Below, in pieces: positions 49,545 to 62,639 of a DNA stretch of 64,000 nucleotides. A program made the translations under genes and the position numbers. Where the stretch lies: assembly GCF_030028105.1 (NCBI RefSeq), contig NC_092379.1:46486150-46550149 (forward strand), given 5' to 3'. Under the pieces are notes generated by a model that saw only the letters and a list, made by a program, of their open reading frames with translations, made no database searches and had not been told where the DNA came from. The first letter of the stretch is position 1. Each line of letters begins with the position of its first letter. Source of the stretch: Mobula birostris. Its lineage: Eukaryota.

Positions 49545-50861
49545 CCACTTAAGTAAATGAAGGGTTATGAGATCGATCGTGCAGTAGATTTATATAGATC
49601 GGTACAACATTTGGGCCAAGGGCTGCTCAGTTCTGTGTCCATTTTCTACGTTCAGTGTGCTACGCAGAAACGGAATCAATTTATACTGAAGCTCATTTGG
49701 AGATATTTACACAAGCTGGAGCAATGGGGTAGTTTTTTTTTTAAAGATAGCGGCCATGTTAAGAAAGCGCAACGTTCACTGAAGGAATTGGACGGCCTCG
49801 ACATCTAAAAGATAATTGTAACATGACAAAGTATGGGATGATCAGTGGGAGATGATCGGGGAACTGAGCGTGGTTTGGAGATTGACAGAGTCAGAGTTCA
49901 CAGAGATCGGAAGGATAAGAGCGGAAAGAAAGTTGAGAAGAGAGACAAGAATTTTAAGTATGTCTGACTGGGTTTCAAGGATAGGACGAGTGATGTGGTA
50001 AGTATTCTGGACTGGATCAGATGAGCTAAAGGGGGATGCGCGGCGGAAACTGCTGTTTTCGCGGTTGTAGAAGGCAGATGAAGGAACATAAACGTAATGT
50101 TTGTTTTCCAACAGTGCCGCCATCAGGCACAAACCCATGGTTCTTTCTTTCAAGGTCGTGCTTGGTGACAATGTGGAAGCAGTGTTATAGGTCCATGCTA
50201 ACCAGTGAGTACTTGTCCGTATTAATCCCACCTTCCAGCACTCGGCTCAAAGCCCCAGATATCATTCCTGTGCTCCTCCAGCTACATTTTAAATGCTGTT
50301 AACGACTCTGATTCACCGCTCCCTTTGGACGCTGAATTCTAGGCAATCGACATTCCCTTAGAAATAAAATCCATCTGGATCCCTCGAAATCATTTCACCC
50401 TTTCACTTCCTTTATCTTAAAAGTGTGTTTTTACTTTTATATGCCTCCAATAGAGAGACAATTTAACCATTAACCAATGCCAACAGCCCCGTTACCACCA
50501 CAACCACACACCCTCCACCGCCACACACACACACACACACACACACACAGCCACTATGAGCAAGCAAATCTTAGTCGGAGACTTCATTCAAGCTTTTATG
50601 AAGACAACTATGCCCAATCAGAAGCCCTATTTAAACCACGAGATCCGCAATCTGCTGAGGGCCAGATCAGTGGCATTCAGTTCTAGCGACCAAGTAAGAT
50701 ACAAGACGTTCCCCTACAATCTCCGGAAAGCCATTTCACGGCAAAACGTGGCAATTTCGGACCAAACTTGGACGACGGAAGGATGCTCGACCACTGTGGC
50801 AAGGATTTAATGTCATTTCCCCTTACAAAGAGAAAACACGCGATATGGGTGATAACAACGC

Positions 50862-51383
50862 TGTCAGGACGCTGGGGCAGTGATTCAATCGCAGACCCTG
50901 CACTGTGCACACAGTAGGTTTAATTGAGTAACAAATCCTGAGGTGTAAACAAAGTCGGCGTCAAAGTTCAGGCAGAGATCTAAAAATCCAAAGAAATCCA
51001 AAAACCAGAATCGGGGAAACAGGCAGAGTCGATATTCAGACGGACAGAGTTCAGATACGAATGCTGGAAAGGCTCAGGAAAACTCACTGGTACAATCTGG
51101 CAACAATCAGTTGAAAACACAGGACTAAAATACACTGAGCAATAAACAGAGAGGCAGTTGATAGGTGGAGCACAACGCGACAGAAGTGGCAGCAAAATAG
51201 AGAATAAAGAGAAACAGGTGAGAGGCGGAGTACTCAGTAATATAGGCACCGGAGTAGAGCAGAAGCTGGGACAGGAGCACATGGAGCATGAAAACAAACA
51301 AGAGGACATGGCAATACAAAACCACAGACTGACGGCTGAGGGAAAACACACAATAAGACAAAGTTTAACTGGAGGTACTGACA
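50862..51383 (-). mobile_element. Solo LTR (Gypsy-type)
   Basis: Termini TGTCAG...CTGACA, 522 bp, interrupting the LINE. No clean TSD. Orientation is inferred. Confidence 0.7.
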
Positions 51384-51644
51384 AAATCTTAGTACCCGGA
51401 TGGGCTCAGTGTTTTCTATGTTCACTTGACCATCAAAACATGGTTGATCCTTCACGAACTCACACAGACCACAGATGGGTTACGTGGCTCAGTGTTAAAA
51501 ACCTGTGATGATCAACTGGCTGAGATGTTCACCAATAATTCTAAATTCTCACGTCGGCATTCTGAGGTACCTCCATTTTCTTTTAGCAGTTTGAGAAGAT
51601 TCGGCAGGTCATCTAAAAATTTGACAAACTTCTGTAGATCTGTG

Positions 51645-54600
51645 TGTCATAAGGGCACGGCTGGGAATGGACCCAAGTGCAAGACACAGACACTGAAGTA
51701 CTAGGGACAGGACTAGGACACAGGACGATGGCAAGGACATGGACAGGACAACCAGGAATCTGGAACAGGACTGAACAAGAGAGCTAGGAGCCCGGGCTTG
51801 GACTCCGAGCCAGAGACTGGACAAGGTCCCAGTATCTGGGTCTTACATCTGGCTCGGACCCCAGAACTAGGCAAGGATGAGGATGTTAGTCCTGACGAAG
51901 GGTCTCGGCCTGAAACGCCGACTGCACCTCTTCCTACAGATGCTGCCTGGCCTGCTGCGTTCACCAGCAACTTTGATGTGTGTTGCTTGAATTTCCAGCA
52001 TCTGCAGAATTCCTGTTGTTCAAGCATGAGGCTTGGCAGGCAGGCAGGATGAAGCTGGAGTCTTCAGGCTAGAAGCTAGAGGCCAGAGACTTGGCTTGGC
52101 TTGGCAAGAGGCTAGAGGCTAGAGACTTGGCTTGGCTTGGCAAGGGGCTAGAGGCTAGAGACTTGGCTTGGCTTGGCTTGGCAATAGGCTAGAGGCTGGA
52201 GTCTACAGGCTCGAGGCTAGGCAAGAGACGAGGCGGGGATTGGCAGGAGGCTGGAGACTTGAGACTAGAGGTGAGGCGAGGATAGATGCTGGAGACTTGA
52301 GGCGAGATGAGGCTGGAGGCTGGAGACCTGAGCCGAGGCGAAGCTGGAGACTTGAGGCGAGGCGAGGCTGGAGACTGGAGGCATGAGACGAGGCGAGGGG
52401 AGGCTGGAGACTTGAGGCGAGGCGACGCTGGAGGCCGGAGACTTGAGGCGAGGCGAGGCTAGAGGCCGGAGACTTGAGGCGAGGCGAGGCTAGAGGCCGG
52501 AGACTTGAGGCGAGGCGAGGCTAGAGGCCGGAGACTTGAGGCGAGGCGAGGCTAGAGGCCGGAGACTTGAGGCGAGGCGAGGCTGGAGGCCGGAGACCTG
52601 AGGCGAGGCGAGGCTGGAGGCCGGAGACCTGAGGCGAGGCGAGGCTGGAGGCCGGAGACCTGAGGCGAGGCGAGGCTGGAGGCCGGAGACCTGAGGCGAG
52701 GCGAGGCTGGAGGCAGGAGACTTGAGGCGAGGCGAGGCTGGAGGCAGGAGACTTGAGGCGAGGCTTGGCAGGCTCCTCCTGGGCTGGGAGCGGATCACCT
52801 GGGCAGGGCGCGGTACTCCTGTGCAGGGCGAGGATCACCACCCGACAGAGGCAAGGGACAGGAAGGGACAGAGCCAAGCCCAGGTAACGCAAGATGGCCT
52901 GGCTTACCTGGGCAGAGGCAAGGGACAGGAAAGGAGCTGGGAACAGGGTGGCTCCAGGACCAGACAGCAAGACAAGGCAAGGCTACTGGCAAAACAAGGC
53001 AAGACGACAACTTCAGGTGAGGCGAGAGTTACCGGCAAGACAAGGCAAGGCTTCAGGCAAGGAAACAGAAGGCAGGGGAAGGGATACAAGGAGTAATGAC
53101 AAGAACAATCCAGGAACCACACTCTGGTCTCTGGACGTATTTATGCAGCCAGCCCCAATGAGCATCAGCTGCCTCAATTAGCTCAACAAGGACAGAAACA
53201 GGGTAGATAGGAAGACCTGGAGCAAATGTTGATGGACCGGACCATGAACCGGAATAAGGACTTCATGGACCGGACCATGGCAGTACCGCACCCCCTCTAC
53301 GACCAGAATATCCAGACTGTGGACGACCCGGGTGGGTGGGAGGGTAATTGACAAAAAGGAACCCCGGGTGGCCAGAGAAAAATGACAATTTCTGTGTCGC
53401 TGGGTCCATGGTTGGCTGGATTTTTCTGTCATAAGGGCACGGCTGGGAACGGACCTAAGTGCAAGACACAGACACTCAAATACTAGGGACAGGACTAGGA
53501 CACAAGGCGATGGCCAGGACATGGACAGGAAAACCAGGAACGTGGAATAGGACTGAACAACAGAGCTAGGAGTCCGGTCTCGGACTCTGAGCCAGAGACT
53601 GGACCAGTACCCAGTACCTAGGTCTTGCATCTGGCTCGGACCCCAGAACTAGACAAGGACGAGGCTTGGCAGGCAGGTAGGACGAGGCTGGAGTCTTCAG
53701 GCTAGAAGCTAGAGGCCAGAGACTTGGCTTGGTTTGGCAAGAGGCTAGAGACTAGAGACTTGGCTTGGCTTGGTAAGACGCTCGAGGCTAGAGACTTGGC
53801 TTGGCAAGAGCCTAGAGGCTAGAGACTTGACTTGGCTTGGCTAGAGGCTAGAGGCTGGAGTCTACAGGCTCGAGGCAACGCAAGAGACCAGGCGAGGCTT
53901 GGCAGGAGGCTGGAGAATTGAGACTGGAAGGCAAGGCTGGAGGCTTGGGACAAGGCGAGGCAAGGCTGGAGACTTGAGGATGGGGACTGGAGTCGAGGTG
54001 AGGCGAGGCGAGGCTGGAGGCTGGAGACTTGAGGCGAGGCGAGGCTGGAGGCTGGAGACTTGAGGCGAGGCTGGAGGCTGGAGACTTGAGGCCAGGCGAG
54101 GCTGGAGGCTGGAGACTTGAGGCCAGGCGAGGCTGGAGGCTGGAGACTTGAGGCCAGGCGAGGCTGGAGGCTGGAGACTTGAGGCCAGGCGAGGCTGGAG
54201 GCTGGAGACTTGAGGCGAGGTGAGGCTGGAGGCTGGAGACTTGAGGTGAGGCGAGGCTGGAGGCTGGAGGCTTGAGGCAAGGCTTGGCAGGCTCCTCCTG
54301 GGCAAGGCGTGGATCACCTAGGCAGAGTGCGGTACTCCTGGGCAGGGCACGGTACTCCTGGGCAGGGCGCAGATCACCACCCGACAGAGGCAACGGACAG
54401 GAAAGGACAGAACCAACCCCAGGTAACGGCAAGACGGCCTAGCTTACCTGGGCGGAGGCAAGGGAGAGGAAGGGACAGAACCACCCCAGGTAAAGGCAAG
54501 ACGGCCTGGCTTACCTGGGCAGAGGCACAGGAAAGGAACTAGGTACAGGGTGGCTTCAGGACCAGACAAGAAGAAAAGTCAAGGCTACTGGCAAATCAAG

Positions 54601-57600
54601 GCAAGACGAGAACTTCAGGTGAGGGGAGAGTTACCGGCAAGACAACGCAGGGCTTCTGGCCAAGCAAGGTGAGACAGAACTTCAGGTGAGGCTCGAGTTA
54701 CCGGCAAGACAAGGCAAGGCTACAGGCGAGGAAACAGAAGGCAGGGGAAAGGGATACAAGGAGTAAGGACAGGAACAATCCAGCAACCACGCCCTGGTCT
54801 CTGGAGGTATTCATGCAGCCAGCCCCAACTAGCATCAGCTGCCTCAATTATTTCAACAAGGACAGAAACAGGGTAGATAGGAAAACCTGGAGCAAATGTT
54901 GATGGACCGGACCGTGAACCGGAATAAGGACCTCATGGACCGGTCCATGACAGTACCCCATCCCCTCTACGGGAGCCTCCTGGAGGCCAGAGTATCCAGA
55001 CTGTGGACGAACCGGGCGGGTGGGAGGGTAATTGACAGAAAGGAACCCCGGGTGGCCAGAGGAAAATGACAATTTCTGTGTCGCTGGGTCCATTGTTGGC
55101 TGGATATTTCTGTCATAAGGGCACGGCTGGGAACGGACCCAAGTGCAAGACACAGACACTGAAGTACTAGGGACAGGACTAGGACAGAAGGCGATAGCCA
55201 GGACATGGACAGGAAAACCAAGAACCTGGAATAGGACTGCACAAGAGAGCTAGGAGCCCGGTCTTGGACTCCGAGCCAGAGACTGGACAAGTACCCAGTA
55301 CCTGGGTCTTGCATGTCGCTCGGACCCCAGAACTAGGCAAGGACGAGGCTTGGCAGGCAGGCAGGACGAAGCTGGAGTCTTCAGGCTAGAAGCTAGAGGC
55401 CAGAGACTTGGCTTGGCTTGGCAAGAGGCTAGAGGCTAGAGACTTGGTTTGGCTTGGCAAGAGCCTAGAGACTGGAGACTTGGCTTGGCTGGGCAAGAGG
55501 CTAGAGGCTAGAGGCTAGAGACTTGGCTTGGCTTGGCAAGAGGCTAGAGGCTAGAGGCTGGAGTCTACAGGCTCAAGGCTAGGCAAGAGACGAGGCGAGG
55601 ATTGGCAGGAGGCTTGAGACTTGAGGTGAGGCGAGGCTGGAGGCTGGAGACTTGAGGCGAGATGAGGCTGGAGGCTAGAGACCTGAGGTGAAGTGAGGCT
55701 GGATGCTGGAGACTTGAGGCGCGGATTGGCAGGTTCCTCCTGGGCAGGGAGCGGATCACCTGGGCAGGGCGCGGCACTCCTGTGCAGGGCGAGGATCACC
55801 ACCCGACAGAAGCAAGGGACAGGAAGGGACAGAGCCAAGCCCAGGTAACGCAAGATGGCCTGGCTTACCTGGGCGGAAGCAAGGGACAGGAAAGGAGCTG
55901 GGAACAGGGTGGCTCCAGGACCAGACAGCAAGACAAGGCAAGGCTACTGGCAAAGCAAGGCAAGACGACAACTTCAGGTGAGGGGAGAGTTATCCACAAG
56001 ACAAGGCAGGGCTTCTGGCAAAGCAAGGCGAGACAGAACTTCAGGCGAGGTGAGAGTTACCAGCAAGACAAGGCAGGGCTTCAGGCAAAGCAAGGCGAGA
56101 CGGAAATTCGGGCGAGGCTCGTGTTACCGGCAAGACAAGGCAAGGCTTCAGGCGAGGAAACAGAGGGCAGGGGAAGGGATACAAGGAGTAAGGACAAGAA
56201 CAATCCAGGAACCACACCCTGGTCTCTGGAGGTATTCATGCAGCCAGCCCCAATGAGAATCAGCTGCCTCAATTACCTCAACAAGGACAGAAACAGGGTA
56301 GATAGGAAAACCCAGAGCAAATGTTGATGGACCGGACCGTGAACCGGAATACAGAGTTCATGGACCGGAGCATGACAGCACCCCTCCCCCTCTACGAGAG
56401 CCTCTTGGCGTCCAAACAGAGTATCCAGACTACGGACGACCCGGCCGGCTGGGAGGTTAATTGACAGAAAGGAACCCCTGGTGGCCAGAGGAAAATGACA
56501 GTGTCTGTGTCGCTGGGTCCATGGTTGGCTGGATTGTTCTGTCATAAGGGCACGGCTGGGAATGGACCCAAGTGCAAGACACAGACACTGAAGTACTAGG
56601 GACAGGACTAGGACACAGGACGATGGCCAGGACATGGACAGGAAAACCAGGAACCTAGAACAGGACTGAACAAGAGAGCTAGGAGCCCGGGCTTGGACTC
56701 CGAGCCAGAGACTGGATAAGGACTCAGTACCTGCATCTTGCCTCTGGCTCGGACCCCAGACCTAGGCAAGGACGAGGCTTGGCAAGCAGGCAGGACGAGG
56801 CTCTAGTCTTCAGGCTAGAAGCTTGAGGCTAGAGACTTGGCTTGGCAAGAGGCTCGAGGCTAGAGACTTGGCTTGGCTTGGCAAGAGGCTAGAGGCTAGA
56901 GACTTGGCTTGGCTTGACAATAGGCTAGAGACTAGAGGCTGGAGTCTACAGGCTCGAGGCCAGGCGAGAGACGAGGCAAGGCTGGCAGAAGGCTGGAGAC
57001 CTGAGACTAGAGACGAGGCTGGAGATGAGGCGAGGTGAGGCTGGAGGCTGGAGACTTGAGGCGAGGTGAGGCGAGGCTGGAGGCTTGAGGCGAGGCGAGG
57101 CTGGAGACTTGAGGCGAGGCGAGGCTGGAAGCTGGAGACTTGAGGGGAGGCGAGGCTGAAGGCTGGAGGCAGGAGACTTGAGGCGAGGTGAGGCTGGAGG
57201 CTGGAGGCTTGAGACTTGAGGCGAGGCTTGGCAGGCTACTCCTGGACAGGGCGCGGATCACCTGGGCAGGGCGCGGAACACCACCCAACAGAGACAAGGG
57301 ACAGGAAGGGACAGAACCATCCCCAGGTAAAGGAAAGACTGTCTGGCTTACCTCGGCGGAGGCAAGGAACAGGAAGGGACAGAATCAACCCCAGGTAATG
57401 GCAAGGCGGCCTAGCTTACCTCGGTGGAGGCAAGGGACAGGAAGGGACAGAAGCAATCCCAGGTAACTGCAAGACGTCCTGGCTTACCTGGGTGGAGGCA
57501 AGGGACAGGAAGGGACAGAACCAACCCAGGTAACGGCAAGACTGCCTGCCTTACCTGGGTGGAGGCAAGGGGCAGGAAAGGAGCTAGGTACGGGGTGTCT

Positions 57601-57996
57601 ACAGGACCAAGCAGCAAGACAAGTCAAGGCTACTGGCAAAGCAAGGTGAGATGAGAATCTTAGGTGAGGTGAGAGTTACCAGCAAGAAAAGGCAGGGCTT
57701 CAGGCAAAGCAAGGCGAGACAGGACTTCAGGCGAGGCTCAAGTTACCGGCAAGATAAGGCAAGGCTTCAGGCAAGGAAACAGAAGACAGGGGAAGGGATA
57801 CAAGGAGTAAGGATAAAAACAATCCAGCAAACACGCCCTGGTCTCTGGAGGTATTTATGCAGCCAGCCCCAACGAGCATCAGCTGCCTCAATTAGCTCAA
57901 CAAGAACAGAAATATGGTAGATCTGAAAACCTGGAGCAAGGTTTGATCGACCAGACCGTGAACTGGAATATGGACTTCATGGACCGGACCATGGCA
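51645..57996 (-). mobile_element. Tandem array of four LTRs with three miniature internal spacers (non-autonomous, TRIM-like)
   Basis: LTRs 51645-53282, 53427-54952, 55111-56377 and 56540-57996, each TGTCATAAGGGC...CATG(A/G)CA. Spacers 144, 158 and 162 bp. 5-bp TSD CTGTG/CCGTG around the whole array. Confidence 0.88.
51887..52022 (+). mobile_element. Penelope tail with hammerhead inserted into the first LTR
   Basis: TAGTCCTGACGAAGGGTCTCGGCCTGAAACGCCGACTG (triplet mutated to GCC). Flanked by the near-duplication CAAGGATGAGG/CAAGCATGAGG. Absent from the other three LTRs. Confidence 0.85.
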
Positions 57997-58688
57997 CCGT
58001 GGTGGAAAATACATTAACTGGTTGCATCACGACCTGGTACAGAAACAGCAACGTTCTGTAACGGTAAGCCTTACGAAAAGTAATAGATATGACCCAGTCT
58101 ATCAAGGGTATAACGCTCCCCACCATTCAGCACATCTACACGGAGAGCTGTCGCTAGAAGACTGCATCCATCAACAAGGACCCGCACCTCCCAGACCATG
58201 CTCTCGTCTCGCTGCTGCCATCAGGAAGGAGGTGCAGGAGCCTCGGGACACACGCCAACAGGTTCACGAACAGTTATTATCCCTCAACATCAGGCTGTTG
58301 AACCAATTGATATAGCTTCACTCAACTTCACTCATCCCATCACCGAACTGTTCCCACAACTCAATGATTCACTTTCAAGGACTCTTATCATGATAATTTC
58401 TTTATTTCTCCCTTTTGTATTTGCATAGTTTGGTCCATTTTGAACATTGGTTAGTTGTCCATCCTGTTGGGTACAATCTTTTATTGATTCTGTTTTTTCT
58501 TGGATTTACTGAGAATGCCCACAAAGAAACGAATCTCAGAGTGGTATATGCCGATATGTTTTTTTTATATAATAAATTTACTTTGAAACTTGAACTTTGT
58601 AATTTAACACTAACTCCTAATGCACAGTCATGCCATATTGAAACACAAAGGATCCCAGTACTAGTCCCCGTGGAACACTAGTTAACAC

Positions 58689-59576
58689 TGTTACATACCT
58701 TAAAGAGATCTGTGATTGTTTTTTTGTGAGAATGATGTAATGGTCTTTTGGAGGTCACCTGATGTAATTTTCCCGCCGATGTGAGGTCACGTGATGACAT
58801 GTGCACCACGGGTATATCAGGGAAGACCCCAGATGACGCAGCTAGTTTTTTAGTTTTTAGTTTTCCAGCTAGAACGTGCGTCTGTGTCTCCGTTTCTGTT
58901 GCGTGTTTATTGTATGACGGAGTTTCTTTTTTAAAACGGAGTGTAACGTTCTGTTGCAAGATACAATAGTGTTGGATTAGCAATTTTTGCTAGATGCGTT
59001 GATGTACCTTTTTCCAGCAGTAGTACAGGAGAGCGAAGACTTTATCGAAGTACAGGACCCGAAAGATTGAGAGGAGTCGGTATCGTTCGGCAGTTTAACA
59101 AAGGATCGACCTTATTGAGTCTTCGTTCAAGGAGTAGCGACCTGCACCGATATAACGCTTGCCAAAAGAGTAAAGTAGCTCATGCAATGGTTTGCTCTCT
59201 AGAATTTAAGGTCAGTTGTTTTAAACTGTTTATGTCCTGCATCGTGAATCCTTTGGACAGAACCAACAGGAAAATCGTGTCTATGAAGAAATCCTTCTCT
59301 AGACAAGTCTCTCCCAATTGCACGTATAAATCTGTTGGGCTTTCGAATTTACAATTTTAAGAACTGTATCTGACTTTACCGCTTTAAAAACTGTTTGCGC
59401 ATTTAACGCTTTAAGAACCAGTGCCGAGTGCCGATTTGTTAAATGGCTGTATAGCGGTTAACTTCCGGTTAAGGTGTTCGTTTGTATTTTTTATTGTTTA
59501 TCCGTGTTCAATAAGTGTTTGGTTGTTTTTATAGAACCTGGCTCGACTGATATTCATTGTTGCCGGTTACGTAACA
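58689..59576 (+). mobile_element. Solo LTR (Gypsy-type)
   Basis: Termini TGTTAC...GTAACA, 888 bp; flanks ACAC/GCAC (near TSD); AATAAG near the 3' end. Confidence 0.7.
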
Positions 59577-59739
59577 GCACCTTCTAACAATCACAGAAAA
59601 ACCCTTCTGAGGTCACCAGAAACCCTCATTTTACCATCATTCCCTGAATCAAATAGGTCTTAACATCTTAAATTGCGTTTCTAAATTGGACCTATTGCTG
59701 GCCTCACTGACGTCAATGTCAACCATATTTATTATGGTA

Positions 59740-62300
59740 CCTCACTAATTGGAGCTGGACTTGGATGTAATCAGGACCTTTCTGGAGGCTGAAGATATTA
59801 TAGACGACACTTTTGAAGAGGTGGTCATACCCAGTGTATAGCCTTTGGACAGTAGACTTGTGACCACCAGGAGAGGTAGTGGAATATGAAGTCAGTGCAA
59901 GGTTCTCCTGTGGCCACTCTCCTGAGCAACAAGTATGCTCCTTTGTATACTGCTAGGGGTGGGTGACCATCAGATCACGGCAGCAGCAGACAGACTGCTG
60001 ACACTGTGGCCAGCTCTGAGGCTTGACAGGGCAGGATAAATTCAGGCAACGCAGTTATAATAGGGTCTCTATAGTTAGAGAGACAGAAAAGATATTGTGT
60101 AGCCAGCCACAAAACAAGGCACTAGGATGGTGTGTTTCCTCCTAATTGCTGGGCTCCGTGATGCATTGGAGCGGCTGCAAGATATTGTCAAGGAGAAGAG
60201 GGAACAGCCAGAGCTCCTGGTGCATATTGACAACAATGACATCGAAATGGGATGGTAGCACGGATGAGTGAGTGGCTGCAGAGATGGTGTAAAGGACAGG
60301 AGTTCCAGTTCTTGGATCATTGGAATCTTTTCTGAGGAAGGGGTGACCTGTAGAAGATGGAACTACAATGTTGAAGCCATTACTGAAACTTGGCTGAGAG
60401 GGGAGCAGGATTGTGTGCTTAATGTACCTGGTTTTTAAAGTTTTGGAAAATATAGAGGAGGTGGTAAAAGAGCGAGTGGCGTTGCACTGCTAATCAGGGA
60501 CAATATCACAGCGGCACTCAGAGGAGTCAGACAATGAATCCATTTAGGTGGAATTCGGGAATAGGAGGGGTGCAATCACACTGATGGGATTGTACTGTAG
60601 GTACCCGATTAGGCACCGGGACATTGAGGAAGAGATATGCAACCAGATTAAGGAAATGTGTAAAAATAATAGGGTTGTTTTCATGGGAAATTTCAACGTC
60701 CCTAGTGTAAACTTGGACCTTCTTATTGTAAGGGATATACATGGGGCTGAATTTGTTAAATGTATACAGGAAGGTTTCTTAGATGAACATGTGGATGGTC
60801 CAATCAGGAGAGTGGTTGTACTAGACCTCATGCTGGGAATCAGTCTGGCCAGGTGACTGACCATTCAGATCACTGGGCCCTTACCCATTGTCTTTATGTC
60901 CTCTCTAGCCACAGGCAACGCCCCAGAGGACTGAAGAGTGGCTAATGCTGTACCTCTTTTCAAAGAATGGAACAACGAAAGTCCCTGGAACTGTAGATTG
61001 GTGAGTCCCACGTCAGTTGTAGGGTAATTGCTGGAGAAAATTCTTAGAGATAGGATATATCAGTTTCGGTTAACCCATGACCTAACTAGGGAGAGCCAAC
61101 ATAGCTTTGCTTGTGGCAGGTCGTACCTTATCATCTTGATTGAGTTTTTTTGACAAGATGATGAGAGAGATTGCTGAGGGTAGGGCAGTGGTTGTTGTAT
61201 ACATGGTTTTTAGTACAGCATTTGACAAAGTCCCTCATGGGAAGGGAGACTAATCCAGAAAATTAGATGCATGGTTTGTGCAGTGAATTGGCTGTTTGGA
61301 TTCAGCACAGGCTTGCACATAGAAGAGAGAGGGAAGTGGTCAAAGGGGCTTATTGGAGCTGGACGTCTGTAATTAGTGGAGTTCCGCAGGAATCCGTGCT
61401 GGGACCTCAGCTGTTTGTAATATATACAAATGACCTAGATGAAAATGTAGATGGGTGGGTTAGTAAATTTGTGGATGATACCAAGACTGGTGGAGTTGTG
61501 GATAGTGTAGAAGACTGGCAAAGAATACAGCATGATATGGATTAGTTGCAGACATGGGCTAAGAAATGGCAGATGTTTAACCCAGGTAGGGCAAATGCAA
61601 TGCTCTCAACAGTGTCGCTGAGCAGAGAGATTTCAGGATCCAAGTTCATAGCTCTTCGAAAGTGGCTCCACAGTTGATAAGGCAATTAAGAAGGCATGTA
61701 CAATACTTGCTTTAATTAGTCATCACATTGAGTTCAAAAGTCAGGAGGTTATGTTGCAACTTCCTAAAACTCTGTTTAGGCCACATTTGAAGTGTTGTGT
61801 GTAGTTCTGGTCACCCACCAGAGGGAGGATGTTGAGGCTTTGGAGAGGGTGCAGAAGAGGTTTACAGGATAGTGCCTGGTTTAGAGCTATCACAAGAGAC
61901 AAGATAAACTTGGCTGTTTTCTCTGAAACTTCAGAACCTGAGGGGATTATGAGAGGCATAAATAGAGTGGACAGAGAGTCTGTTCCACAAGGTTGAAATG
62001 TCTAACACCCGAGGGCATGCTCCGAAGGTGAGAGGGGCAAGGTTCAAGGGGAATGTGAGAGGTAAGTTGTTTACTCAGGGAGCCGGGGATGCCTGGAATG
62101 CGCCGCCTGGTGTGGTGGTGGAGGCAAATACATTAGAGGCCTTTTATAGATGTTTGGATCAGCACATGGATGTAAGGACGATGGAGGGATATGGACATAG
62201 TGTAGGTAGGAGGGATGAGTGTTCGGTTGTTTTTGATTTGCTTTGTCGCTGGATCGACACAACATTGCAGGTTGGATGATCTGTTCCTGTGGTACTCTTC
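59740..62300 (+). mobile_element. Decayed near-full-length CR1 LINE
   Basis: ORF1 esterase, APE (KNNRVVFMGNFN) and RT (GVPQESVLGP...FVDDTK, TRGH) remnants with many disablements. Confidence 0.85.
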
Positions 62301-62639
62301 TAAGTTCTATCTCCAACGTTCTAATACACAATTGCCTTTAAAATAAATACAGATTCATCACTGAGATCTGCGCTTGACATACCCGGTACCCCTGGCTGAT
62401 CCGGCAACCCCAACTACTCCATCCCACACACACAATTTCCAAATTTATCAATCCAAGATCTACAAAACTGAAATACCACCTTCTCTTTGGCATCTCCTCT
62501 TGTTTTAACTGAAAAAAAAAAAATCCATACCCTGTTGCCAGATGACCCAATTTTCAATCGTGTGATAATAAAGGAAAGAAAATCTTAATCAAAGTCCAAG
62601 TTTCAGTAAAAGTGTTGACTTCAACTACCTTACTTCTGG

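Larger units (their letters stand above)
50555..58570 (+). mobile_element. Rex1/Babar-type LINE split by LTR insertions
   Basis: PNQKPYLNHEIRNLLRARSVAF (50.6-50.85 kb); VLKTCDDQLAEMF and SLRRFGRSSKNLTNFCRS (51.48-51.64 kb); resumes at 57997 with VVENTLTGCITTWY and runs to its 3' tail at ~58570. Confidence 0.85.

Noticed and set aside
52490-57466. Long Pro/Ser/Leu- or Arg/Glu-rich ORFs (e.g. 53848-54432)
   Set aside because: These are translations of stop-poor LTR tandem repeats, not genes.
51645-57996. CRISPR-like or satellite interpretation of the repeat array
   Set aside because: Vertebrate DNA; the units have LTR termini, TSD, PBS and PPT, and no unique spacers.
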